Part shown: in pieces, positions 20,277-28,644 of the stretch
Layout of the letters: every line of letters starts with the position of its first letter
Numbering within the stretch: position 1 is the first letter of the stretch
Assembly: GCA_035301625.1 (NCBI GenBank)
Contig: DATGTW010000071.1
Location: 4,858-68,857 of the forward strand
Direction of reading: 5' to 3'
Origin: Paenalcaligenes sp.
Lineage (GTDB): Bacteria; Pseudomonadota; Gammaproteobacteria; Burkholderiales; Burkholderiaceae_B
Length of the DNA: 64,000 nucleotides
The notes under the pieces: generated by a model
The model's input: the letters and a program-made list of their open reading frames with translations, nothing else
Databases searched by the model: none
What the model was told of the DNA's origin: nothing
Position numbers and translations under genes: made by a program

Positions 20277-21980
20277 ATGAGTCGTTTAGTTGAGGTACTA
20301 ATTCCTGATATCGGCGATGACGGCGAGGTGGACGTCATTGAAGTTTTAGTCAATGAAGGGGATACGGTAGAAGTTGAGCAAAGTCTTATTACATTAGAAT
20401 CTGACAAAGCTTCGATGGAGGTTCCTTCGTCACATGCTGGCGTGGTCAAAAAACTGCGCCTCAAGGTGGGTGATAAAGCCAGCGAAGGGACAGTCATTCT
20501 CGAACTCGAAGAAGCAGGTCAAGCAGCTGCTAGTGATCAAGATGTAGCCGAGGAACCTGCATCCAAATCCGCACCTGCTGCCGCAGACGAAACCGCAGCT
20601 GCAGCAAGCACGGCTGGTGAAGCAGTCACTGTTGTAGTTCCGGATATTGGTGATGATGGCGAGGTAGACGTAATAGAGGTTTTGGTGAGCTCGGGTGATA
20701 CTGTCGAGCTAGAGCAGAGTTTAATTACTCTCGAATCTGATAAAGCTTCGATGGAGGTCCCATCTTCTCATGCGGGCACAGTGAAAGAGTTGCTCGTCAA
20801 GGTCGGCGATAAGGTGAGCCAAGGCAGTGAAATTTTGATTCTCGAGACGGCTGGTCAAGAGTCTACAGCTGATGAAGCAAAGCCTGCGGATTCAGAAACC
20901 CGGTCGGAAACAGCTACGAGCACAACGACAGCGGCGGCTGCATCAGAACAACGTACTCAGAGCAAGATCGTAGGTTCTGAATCCGGGAGAATGGCGTCAG
21001 AGCCTCCTGCGCGAGTATCACCTACCGAAGCATTTGCTGTAGCGGATGTACCTGCAACCAGCTTGCCGCACGCTTCACCATCAGTACGTGCATTTGCACG
21101 TGAACTTGGTGTTGATCTGAATCTGGTCGAAGGAACAGCACGAAAAGGGCGGATCACAACTGATGATGTCAAGCTTTTTGTCAAGACACGCATGGCCGAG
21201 CCAGCTGCTGGTGCACCTGCCACTGCTGCAGGGGCCCAACTGGGTGGCCTCGAACTATTGCCCTGGCCCAAAGTGGATTTTGAGCGATTTGGCGAGGTCG
21301 AAACACAACCACTCACTCGTATCAAAAAAATCTCTGGCGCAAATTTGCATCGCAATTGGGTCATGATCCCGCATGTCACCAATAATGATGAGGCGGATAT
21401 TACCGATCTGGAAGCTTTGCGCAAGCAGCTGAATAATGAATATAAAAAAGAGGGGGTGCGCGTTACGATGCTCGCTTTCTTAATCAAAGCATGCGTCGCA
21501 GCGCTTAAAAAATTCCCTGAGTTTAATAGCTCATTAGATGGGGATAATTTAGTCCTCAAGAAATATTATAATGTTGGATTTGCTGCAGATACACCGCACG
21601 GATTGGTTGTGCCCGTGCTCAAAGACGCTGATAAAAAGGGCGTTATAGAAATAGCCCAAGAAATGGGCGATTTAGCAGCCCAAGCCCGTGATGGAAAATT
21701 AGGGGCAGCCCAAATGCAAGGTGGTTGCTTTACTATTTCTTCACTAGGTGGAATTGGTGGGACAGACTTTACGCCCATCATTAACGCCCCCGAGGTTGCT
21801 ATTTTGGGTGTATCGCGTTCCAAGGTGCAACCTGTTTGGGATGGCAAAGAATTCGAGCCACGTTTAATGTTGCCGCTCTCGCTCTCATATGACCACCGTG
21901 TCATTGATGGTGCTGCTGCAGCACGATTTAACGCCTATTTAGCTCAATTGTTGGCAGACTTCCGCCGCATAATTCTATAA
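20277..21980 (+). CDS. aceF: Dihydrolipoamide acetyltransferase E2 with two lipoyl domains
   Basis: Two [10 protein letters not shown] lipoyl motifs, HASPSVR E3-binding domain and DHRVIDG catalytic motif. Confidence 0.97.
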   Translation: MSRLVEVLIPDIGDDGEVDVIEVLVNEGDTVEVEQSLITLESDKASMEVPSSHAGVVKKLRLKVGDKASEGTVILELEEAGQAAASDQDVAEEPASKSAPAAADETAAAASTAGEAVTVVVPDIGDDGEVDVIEVLVSSGDTVELEQSLITLESDKASMEVPSSHAGTVKELLVKVGDKVSQGSEILILETAGQESTADEAKPADSETRSETATSTTTAAAASEQRTQSKIVGSESGRMASEPPARVSPTEAFAVADVPATSLPHASPSVRAFARELGVDLNLVEGTARKGRITTDDVKLFVKTRMAEPAAGAPATAAGAQLGGLELLPWPKVDFERFGEVETQPLTRIKKISGANLHRNWVMIPHVTNNDEADITDLEALRKQLNNEYKKEGVRVTMLAFLIKACVAALKKFPEFNSSLDGDNLVLKKYYNVGFAADTPHGLVVPVLKDADKKGVIEIAQEMGDLAAQARDGKLGAAQMQGGCFTISSLGGIGGTDFTPIINAPEVAILGVSRSKVQPVWDGKEFEPRLMLPLSLSYDHRVIDGAAAARFNAYLAQLLADFRRIIL

Positions 21981-22230
21981 AGGGGACACTTATGTCTAAA
22001 CACACTTTAGTGATTCCAGATATTGGAGCGGATGAGGCGGTTGATGTTATCGAGGTATTAGTGGCGGTAGGTGATCAGATCGAGGAAGAGCAAAGCTTAA
22101 TTACTCTCGAGTCTGATAAGGCTTCCATGGAAATCCCTGCCAGCCATGCTGGCGAGGTCTTGGAGCTTTTGGTCAAGGTTGGGGACAAGGTTAAAACTGG
22201 CGATGCTATCGCTGAGATTCGCCTAGCCGA
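20283..22230 (+). repeat. Three dispersed, diverged copies of the lipoyl-domain coding sequence (~20283-20510, ~20625-20850, ~21995-22230)
   Basis: Repeated [28 protein letters not shown] coding sequence; two copies in aceF and one in lpdA. Confidence 0.8.
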
Positions 22231-23776
22231 GCAAGACACGGAAGACACCCCGCCTACCAAGGCCAATGCCGAGCAGGAGGCGGCATCTAAGCAGACCAGC
22301 ACGACCACTGAAACCGCTGCAACGACTGCACCTGCCGCATCAACAGCCTCTGCCAGTAGCCAGGTTCCAGAAAATGCTGTTGATCTGGTTGTTTTAGGGG
22401 CAGGGCCAGGTGGTTATTCTGCAGCATTCCGGGCTGCGGACCTAGGTTTAAATGTGGTTTTGGTTGAGCGCTATAACACTTTGGGCGGGGTATGCCTTAA
22501 TGTGGGTTGTATCCCCTCAAAGAGCCTGTTGCACACTGTCGCTGCATATGAAACCGCATTAGAGCTTAAAGAGCAGGGCATCAGCTTTGCAAAACCCGAC
22601 ATCGATTTGGATCAAATGCGCACATTCAAAGATGGTGTGATCGGCAAACTCACCCGAGGTCTTGCTGGCATGGCCAAGGCGCGCAAAGTACGCGTGATTC
22701 ACGGTGTTGGTGAATTTCAGGACGCCCATCACTTATCGGTACAAACTGACAGTGGCAACGAGGTGATTGCTTTCAAGCATGCTATTATTGCTGCCGGCAG
22801 TCGCGCGGTGCATTTGCCATTTATGCCAGATGATGAGCGGGTGATTGATTCGACAGGTGCTCTGCAGTTGCGTGAGATTCCTCAGAAAATGCTCGTCATT
22901 GGTGGGGGTATTATTGGGCTTGAAATGGCAACCGTTTATGCTGGGCTGGGTGCCAAGATTGACTTAGTCGAAATGCAACCAACATTGATGCAGGGTGCCG
23001 ATAAGGATTTAGTCAAGATTTGGCAAAATTATAATGCTTGGCGTTTTGAAAATACTTGGCTAAATTCCAAAACCGTGAGTGTGCGAGCTGCAAAGGACGG
23101 TCTATGGGCTCAGTTCGAAGGCGATAAAGCGCCTAAAGAAGAGCAGCGCTACGATCTGGTTCTGCAGTCTGTCGGTCGGATACCCAATGGTAAAAACATT
23201 GGAGCCGAACAGGCCGGGGTAGCCGTTGATGAGCGTGGATTTATCGCCGTTGATCAACAAATGCGTACTAATATTCCCCATATATTTGCTATAGGGGATA
23301 TTATTGGTCAACCAATGCTTGCGCACAAAGCTGTACACGAGGGCCATGTCGCTGCCGAAGTTGCCGCAGGGCACAAGAGCTACTTTGATGCACGCGTTAT
23401 TCCTTCTGTGGCTTATACAGATCCAGAGGTAGCTTGGGTAGGGGTTACCGAAGAGGATGTCAAAACAAAAGGGTTAGAAGTTCAAATTGGCCGCTTCCCT
23501 TGGATGGCATCCGGACGCGCAATCGCCAACGCACGTGACGAAGGTCTGACCAAGTTGATCTTTGACAAAGAGACCGGGCGTATCATTGGCGGGGCTATTG
23601 TAGGTACTGGTGCAGGCGATATGATTGGTGAGGTTGCACTGGCAATTGAAATGGGTGCTGATCAAGTAGATATAGCCAGTACCATTCACCCCCATCCCAC
23701 CTTGGGTGAATCTATTCACATGGCTGCTGCTGCGGCTTTGGGTATTTGTACTGATTTGCCACCACAACGTAAATAG
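21992..23776 (+). CDS. lpdA: Dihydrolipoamide dehydrogenase E3 with N-terminal lipoyl domain
   Basis: [32 protein letters not shown] and HPHPTLGE motifs. Confidence 0.97.
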   Translation: MSKHTLVIPDIGADEAVDVIEVLVAVGDQIEEEQSLITLESDKASMEIPASHAGEVLELLVKVGDKVKTGDAIAEIRLAEQDTEDTPPTKANAEQEAASKQTSTTTETAATTAPAASTASASSQVPENAVDLVVLGAGPGGYSAAFRAADLGLNVVLVERYNTLGGVCLNVGCIPSKSLLHTVAAYETALELKEQGISFAKPDIDLDQMRTFKDGVIGKLTRGLAGMAKARKVRVIHGVGEFQDAHHLSVQTDSGNEVIAFKHAIIAAGSRAVHLPFMPDDERVIDSTGALQLREIPQKMLVIGGGIIGLEMATVYAGLGAKIDLVEMQPTLMQGADKDLVKIWQNYNAWRFENTWLNSKTVSVRAAKDGLWAQFEGDKAPKEEQRYDLVLQSVGRIPNGKNIGAEQAGVAVDERGFIAVDQQMRTNIPHIFAIGDIIGQPMLAHKAVHEGHVAAEVAAGHKSYFDARVIPSVAYTDPEVAWVGVTEEDVKTKGLEVQIGRFPWMASGRAIANARDEGLTKLIFDKETGRIIGGAIVGTGAGDMIGEVALAIEMGADQVDIASTIHPHPTLGESIHMAAAAALGICTDLPPQRK

Positions 23777-23803
23777 TATTTCGAGAATGGCTGGCATTGG
23801 ATG

Positions 23804-23843
23804 ATTGGCAGGTGGGTTATGCTCACCTGCCAATGTTGTTTTT
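23804..23843 (+). terminator. Rho-independent terminator after lpdA
   Basis: ATTGGCAGGTG-N9-CACCTGCCAAT followed by GTTGTTTTT. Confidence 0.75.
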
Positions 23844-23859
23844 GAAAGGAGTATCGCCC

Positions 23860-25242
23860 ATGGGGCATGCGCAAAATGAACTTAAAAACTTGCAACAATG
23901 GCAAGAGTATTTACTTGCTTTACATCCCACTGAGATTGATATGGGGTTAGATCGAGTACGGACCGTTTATGAGCGATTAGACACAAAAAGCCCAGCTCTG
24001 AAAATCATCATAGGTGGGACCAATGGTAAAGGCTCGACCGCAGCCCTCTTGGAGTCCATCCTTTTAACTTCTGGCTATCGGGTAGGTGTATATAGTTCAC
24101 CTCACTTAGTTCACTTTAATGAACGATTCCGCATTAATGGTGATTTGCCCACAGACGAAGAGCTCTGTCGCCATTTAACTGCTGTTGAAGCTCAACGCGG
24201 TGATACTTCTCTTACTTTTTTTGAGCACACAACATTAGCTGCATTTCATTTATTTGCGCAAAAAGATTTAGACGTATGGATTTTAGAAGTGGGATTGGGT
24301 GGACGTTTAGATGCGGTAAATCTGGTTGATGGAGATTGCGCAGTGTTAACACAAATTGATCTTGATCACCAAGAATACCTAAGCGGTGATCGCGATCAAA
24401 TTGGGTTTGAAAAAGCAGCTATTTTCCGTGCGGGGCGGCCTGCTATTTGTGGCGATCCGATGCCACCGCGCAGTGTTCTGGATTATGCTGCGCAAATAAA
24501 AGCTCCCTTATGGGTGATGGACCGCGATTTTAGTGTTCAAGTAGACATGCACCAATGGCAATACCGAGGCCCTCATCGCCGACGTTCTGCATTGCCTTTC
24601 CCTGCGTTACGTGGTGCTAATCAATTGCCTAATGCGGCAATAGCATTGGCTGTATTAGATGCTTTAAGTGAACGCTTGGTGATACCTATCCAAGATATTA
24701 AGCATGGGTTACTCAACGCACATTTGGACGGGCGATTTCAAGTTTTGCCCGGTCAGCCTACAATAATTCTTGACGTGGGCCACAATCCACATGCGCTACG
24801 TTCTTTTGCCTACAATTTGCAGCAAATACCAACAACTGGGCGTACTATTGCTGTCGTAGGTATGCTAAAAGATAAAGAGGTGGTGAACGCCCTTAAACCC
24901 TTGGTTAATCACATTGACTTATGGCTCTGTGCTAGTATCCCAGGTGCTCGAGGGCTCGATGCTCAGACACTGTCAAGCTTTGTGAAACAAGCATATGCAA
25001 CAGCAGAAAACCTTGCTATAAACCCGTCTGATGATACCACCACACAACAACGACCTACTGTTCGTCCGCGTGCGATACCAGCGCAAGTTGGTGCCTTGGA
25101 AACCCAGTGTTTTGATTCGGTCACAGATGCTTTCCAAGCAGCGCAGCGTTTGAGTACGGATAATGATAAAATTGCAGTCTTCGGTTCATTTATGACCGTC
25201 GGGCCAATATTGGCTCATATAAACACGGGTAAAGTTGCTTAG
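23860..25242 (+). CDS. folC: Bifunctional folylpolyglutamate/dihydrofolate synthase
   Basis: GTNGKGST, SSPHL, EVGLGGRLDAVN and DVGHNP motifs. ATG follows AAGGAG. Confidence 0.95.
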   Translation: MGHAQNELKNLQQWQEYLLALHPTEIDMGLDRVRTVYERLDTKSPALKIIIGGTNGKGSTAALLESILLTSGYRVGVYSSPHLVHFNERFRINGDLPTDEELCRHLTAVEAQRGDTSLTFFEHTTLAAFHLFAQKDLDVWILEVGLGGRLDAVNLVDGDCAVLTQIDLDHQEYLSGDRDQIGFEKAAIFRAGRPAICGDPMPPRSVLDYAAQIKAPLWVMDRDFSVQVDMHQWQYRGPHRRRSALPFPALRGANQLPNAAIALAVLDALSERLVIPIQDIKHGLLNAHLDGRFQVLPGQPTIILDVGHNPHALRSFAYNLQQIPTTGRTIAVVGMLKDKEVVNALKPLVNHIDLWLCASIPGARGLDAQTLSSFVKQAYATAENLAINPSDDTTTQQRPTVRPRAIPAQVGALETQCFDSVTDAFQAAQRLSTDNDKIAVFGSFMTVGPILAHINTGKVA

Positions 25243-25288
25243 TCCTTTGCCTACTCGGTAAAGCGTCTACCACAGGGTTTTAATATCT

Positions 25289-26134
25289 ATGGGATTTTTT
25301 GCACGTAAGGGTGCTGCATCGCAGCGTAATCAAGGCAGCCAGGAAGAACAGCTTGTCGAATTGCGTCGACGAGCTCGCAGACGGTTGATAGGCGCTCTTG
25401 TCATCGTTTTGATAGCGGTTGTGTTTGTGCCTGTCTTTCTTAAAAGCGATGGTGCAGAAGAGGTTGAACAGGTGGTTCAGGTGTTTCCACCTATTGTTGC
25501 CCCTGATTCTGAGCCGCAGGCGGGTTCAACTGCTTTGCAGGACAATGGTGGCTATGCACCTGTAGATTCATCTGATGTAGAAGATATCCAAGACCCTCTA
25601 GATGAGCAGTCTACCTCGGATACTCAGGTGCTCGATGAAAGCGCCGTCAATATCCCTGAGATAGAAATGCAGACGGAAGCCGAGGCGGACCACGATAGCG
25701 CCAGGCAATCAGAACAAGAATCAGAAACCAAACCCAAAGAGTCCGAGCCAAGCAAAGAAAAAACCGAACCTAAACCTGAACCCAAGCCCAAGGCAGAAAC
25801 AGTCCCCAACGAGCCAGAGCGTACTGATGACGGATCGGTAGCATTGGCACTCCTCGAGGGGCGTACGCCCGAAGAGTCAGGTTCTAGCAACCAAAATGCG
25901 TCAGCCCAACGAGGTTCTTTTACAGTTCAAGTGGCTGCTTATTCTAGTAGCGAAGGGGCCAGTAATCGTCGCGAGCAATTAAGCTCAGCTGGCGTGAGCA
26001 ATGCATTTGTAGAAGAAAGCGGAGGCACATATCGTTTGCGAGTAGGGCCTTTCGAAAGTCGCCAAGCTGCAGAGGCTGCGCTGACACGTTTGCGCTCTTT
26101 AGGTTATGACGATAGCTTTATCCGTTCCCAGTGA
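25289..26134 (+). CDS. dedD: SPOR-domain cell division protein (DedD-like)
   Basis: RRRLIGA plus a TM helix, an acidic/Pro-Lys linker and a C-terminal SPOR domain (VQVAAY...YRLRVGPF). Lies between folC and cvpA. Confidence 0.85.
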   Translation: MGFFARKGAASQRNQGSQEEQLVELRRRARRRLIGALVIVLIAVVFVPVFLKSDGAEEVEQVVQVFPPIVAPDSEPQAGSTALQDNGGYAPVDSSDVEDIQDPLDEQSTSDTQVLDESAVNIPEIEMQTEAEADHDSARQSEQESETKPKESEPSKEKTEPKPEPKPKAETVPNEPERTDDGSVALALLEGRTPEESGSSNQNASAQRGSFTVQVAAYSSSEGASNRREQLSSAGVSNAFVEESGGTYRLRVGPFESRQAAEAALTRLRSLGYDDSFIRSQ

Positions 26135-26619
26135 GTACTTTAGATTATTTCATTCTTGTCGTTTTGCTCGTTTCTGCTGGGCTGGGCTTCGTACGCGGTA
26201 TCATTAAAGAAATACTTTCATTAATCGCTTTTATTGCAGCTTTTTTAGGAGCCCTTAATTGGGGGCCATATTTGGCAGCGATAATGACAGAGTTCATTTC
26301 ATTTCATCCTCTTTTGTTGTCTGCCATCGCATATATCATTGTCTTTGTTGTGGTTTTACTTATCGTTGGCATGCTTAATCTTTTGTTGACCACACTGATA
26401 GACAAGACTGGCCTAAGTCCTGCAGATCAAGGTTTGGGTATTTTATTCGGTTTATTACGCGGTGCGGTGATCGTATTAGCCTTGGTCGTTCTAGCGAGTT
26501 ATACTGCAATTCGCCAAGAGCCTTGGTGGCAAGCATCCCAATTAGTACCCATCGCAGAGCTGGGTATCGCTCAAATAAAGGACTGGATGCCTGCAACAGC
26601 TGAGTGGTTGCCTAACTAG
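26131..26619 (+). CDS. cvpA: CvpA family membrane protein
   Basis: GFVRGIIKE and DQGLGILFGLLRG motifs; directly upstream of purF. Confidence 0.92.
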   Translation: MSTLDYFILVVLLVSAGLGFVRGIIKEILSLIAFIAAFLGALNWGPYLAAIMTEFISFHPLLLSAIAYIIVFVVVLLIVGMLNLLLTTLIDKTGLSPADQGLGILFGLLRGAVIVLALVVLASYTAIRQEPWWQASQLVPIAELGIAQIKDWMPATAEWLPN

Positions 26620-26635
26620 TCAAAAAGGATTTTTT

Positions 26636-28093
26636 ATGTGTGGTGTGGTCGGTGCGATTGGTCGTTCATCCGTCAACCAACTAATTTACGATAGCTTGTT
26701 GCTTTTGCAGCATCGTGGTCAAGAGGCGGCAGGTATCTCTACCTATCATGAGCAGATGTTTTTTGCCCACCGTGGTGCCGGGCTGGTGCGCGATGTATTT
26801 CGTACTCGTAATATGCGTTCGTTACCGGGTAACAGTGGTTTGGGCCATGTACGTTATCCGGCTTCCAGCTCTCCTGAAAGTATCGACGAGGCACAACCTT
26901 TATATGTGAATGCTCCTTATGGGATTAGCTTTGTTCATAATGGGCAACTAACTAATTGGAAGGGCTTACGCGAAGATCTCTTTAAATTCGATCGCAGGCA
27001 TATTAATACCCAATCAGATTCAGAAGTTCTACTGAATATCTTTGCTCACGAATTGCAGTTAGCTTCTGCTAACGATGAGCTCAAACCTGAAATTATTTTC
27101 AAAGCAATTCGCGCCGTTCATAAAAGGGTAAAAGGGGCCTATGCAGTGATCGCTCACATTGCCGGATTTGGCCTGGTTGCCTTTAGAGATCCTAACGGTA
27201 TCCGACCGCTCTGTTATGGCAAGTTAGATAGTGAAGAAGGCCGTGAATGGCTAGTTGCTTCTGAGTCAGTGGCACTGACTGGGAATGGATTTCGCTTGGT
27301 CGACGATGTAGCACCCGGTGAAGCACTGTGTATTACCGAAGACGGAAAACTGGTAAAAGAACAATGCGCAGAACACACTAGACTCATGCCTTGTATGTTC
27401 GAATATGTATATTTTGCGCGGCCCGATTCCATCATTGATGGGATTTCCATTTACCATGCGCGCCTGAAAATGGGCGAGTATTTGGGTAACAAGGTTGCCA
27501 AAAATTTACGATTGGCCCAGGTTGATGTTGTGATGCCGATCCCGGACTCGGCGCGCCCATCAGCTATGCAGCTAGCTTCGAGTTTAAATTTACCCTACCG
27601 AGAAGGGTTTCTCAAAAATTATTATATTGGCCGCACATTTATTATGCCTGGGCAGGCAGTGCGACAGCGTTCGGTGCGCCAAAAATTAAGTGCATTACCA
27701 CTTGAGTTCAAGGATAAAAATGTACTGCTGGTGGATGACTCTATTGTTCGTGGCACAACCAGTAAACGCATTGTTGAGATAGCCCGATGGGCAGGTGCAA
27801 AAAAGGTATTTTTTGCCTCGGCTGCCGCCCCAGTAAGGTATCCCAATATTTATGGTATAGATATGCCCACCAAAGAGGAATTAATCGCGCACACGCGCGA
27901 GGTGGATACCATTGTCAAAGAAATAGGGGCTGATGGTTTGATTTTTCAAAACCTCAGCGATCTATATACGCTTTTGCATGAATTAAACCCAAAAATTGAT
28001 GGATTTGAAGCCTCTTGCTTTCACGGGCACTACATCACCGAGGATGACCAGGCACTTTCCAAGCTGCAAACAGAATTAGGTCTAGTTAGCTAG
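26636..28093 (+). CDS. purF: Amidophosphoribosyltransferase
   Basis: N-terminal MCG, QHRG, HNG, FEYVYFARPDS and PRPP motif VDDSIVRGTT. Confidence 0.96.
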   Translation: MCGVVGAIGRSSVNQLIYDSLLLLQHRGQEAAGISTYHEQMFFAHRGAGLVRDVFRTRNMRSLPGNSGLGHVRYPASSSPESIDEAQPLYVNAPYGISFVHNGQLTNWKGLREDLFKFDRRHINTQSDSEVLLNIFAHELQLASANDELKPEIIFKAIRAVHKRVKGAYAVIAHIAGFGLVAFRDPNGIRPLCYGKLDSEEGREWLVASESVALTGNGFRLVDDVAPGEALCITEDGKLVKEQCAEHTRLMPCMFEYVYFARPDSIIDGISIYHARLKMGEYLGNKVAKNLRLAQVDVVMPIPDSARPSAMQLASSLNLPYREGFLKNYYIGRTFIMPGQAVRQRSVRQKLSALPLEFKDKNVLLVDDSIVRGTTSKRIVEIARWAGAKKVFFASAAAPVRYPNIYGIDMPTKEELIAHTREVDTIVKEIGADGLIFQNLSDLYTLLHELNPKIDGFEASCFHGHYITEDDQALSKLQTELGLVS

Positions 28094-28625
28094 GCCTACG
28101 AGGTGGGTTAGAGATCAATTGGCGGTATTGCAACCAAAGCGCGGCAACTCCGATCGCACTAAGAATAATAAATAAATTAAATGCCCAAAGTGCATAATCC
28201 AACCCGAGCAAACTCACCTTTGCATCCATGCAGCTAGCGTAGATGCCAAATACTTTAGGCAAGGCTTTGTCCAAGCCTAATTGAGTGATCGCCTTGTCCG
28301 CAAAAGTCAGAGAGCAGGAAAACTGGTTCGCAGCGACGCTGTATTGATGCCATGCTGAAACAATCCCCGCTAGAGCGCTAAAAACAAATAAAAAGCCCAT
28401 AACCAGCGTGCTTTTAGGGTACGTTTTTTGATGAAAAACATAAGCCAGTAATGCGAAAAAACATGCCCCCAATAAGATCAGGCGCTGAAAGACACACCAC
28501 GCGCAAGGTGCCATACCTAGTACATGCTGAGAAAACAAAGCGATTAGAAAGGAAACTATGCCAATGGCTAAAGCAGTCAAATAAAAATAGCCGGGCAAGG
28601 ACATCACTCTGGAAAATTGTGCCAT
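28086..28625 (-). CDS. dsbB: Disulfide bond formation protein B
   Basis: PCAWCVFQR, a second Cys pair (FSC...ASC) and four TM segments. Confidence 0.9.
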   Translation of the reverse strand: MAQFSRVMSLPGYFYLTALAIGIVSFLIALFSQHVLGMAPCAWCVFQRLILLGACFFALLAYVFHQKTYPKSTLVMGFLFVFSALAGIVSAWHQYSVAANQFSCSLTFADKAITQLGLDKALPKVFGIYASCMDAKVSLLGLDYALWAFNLFIILSAIGVAALWLQYRQLISNPPRRPS

Positions 28626-28644
28626 AGTCTAAATGAAGGGACAT

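Noticed and set aside
20957-21904. 200-aa and 112-aa minus-strand ORFs
   Set aside because: Antisense shadows of aceF, Ser/Ala-rich and without motifs.
25720-25800. Repetitive AAACC(C/T)GA(A/G)-like sequence
   Set aside because: It encodes the Pro-Lys-Glu linker normal for DedD and is not a tandem repeat locus or CRISPR array.
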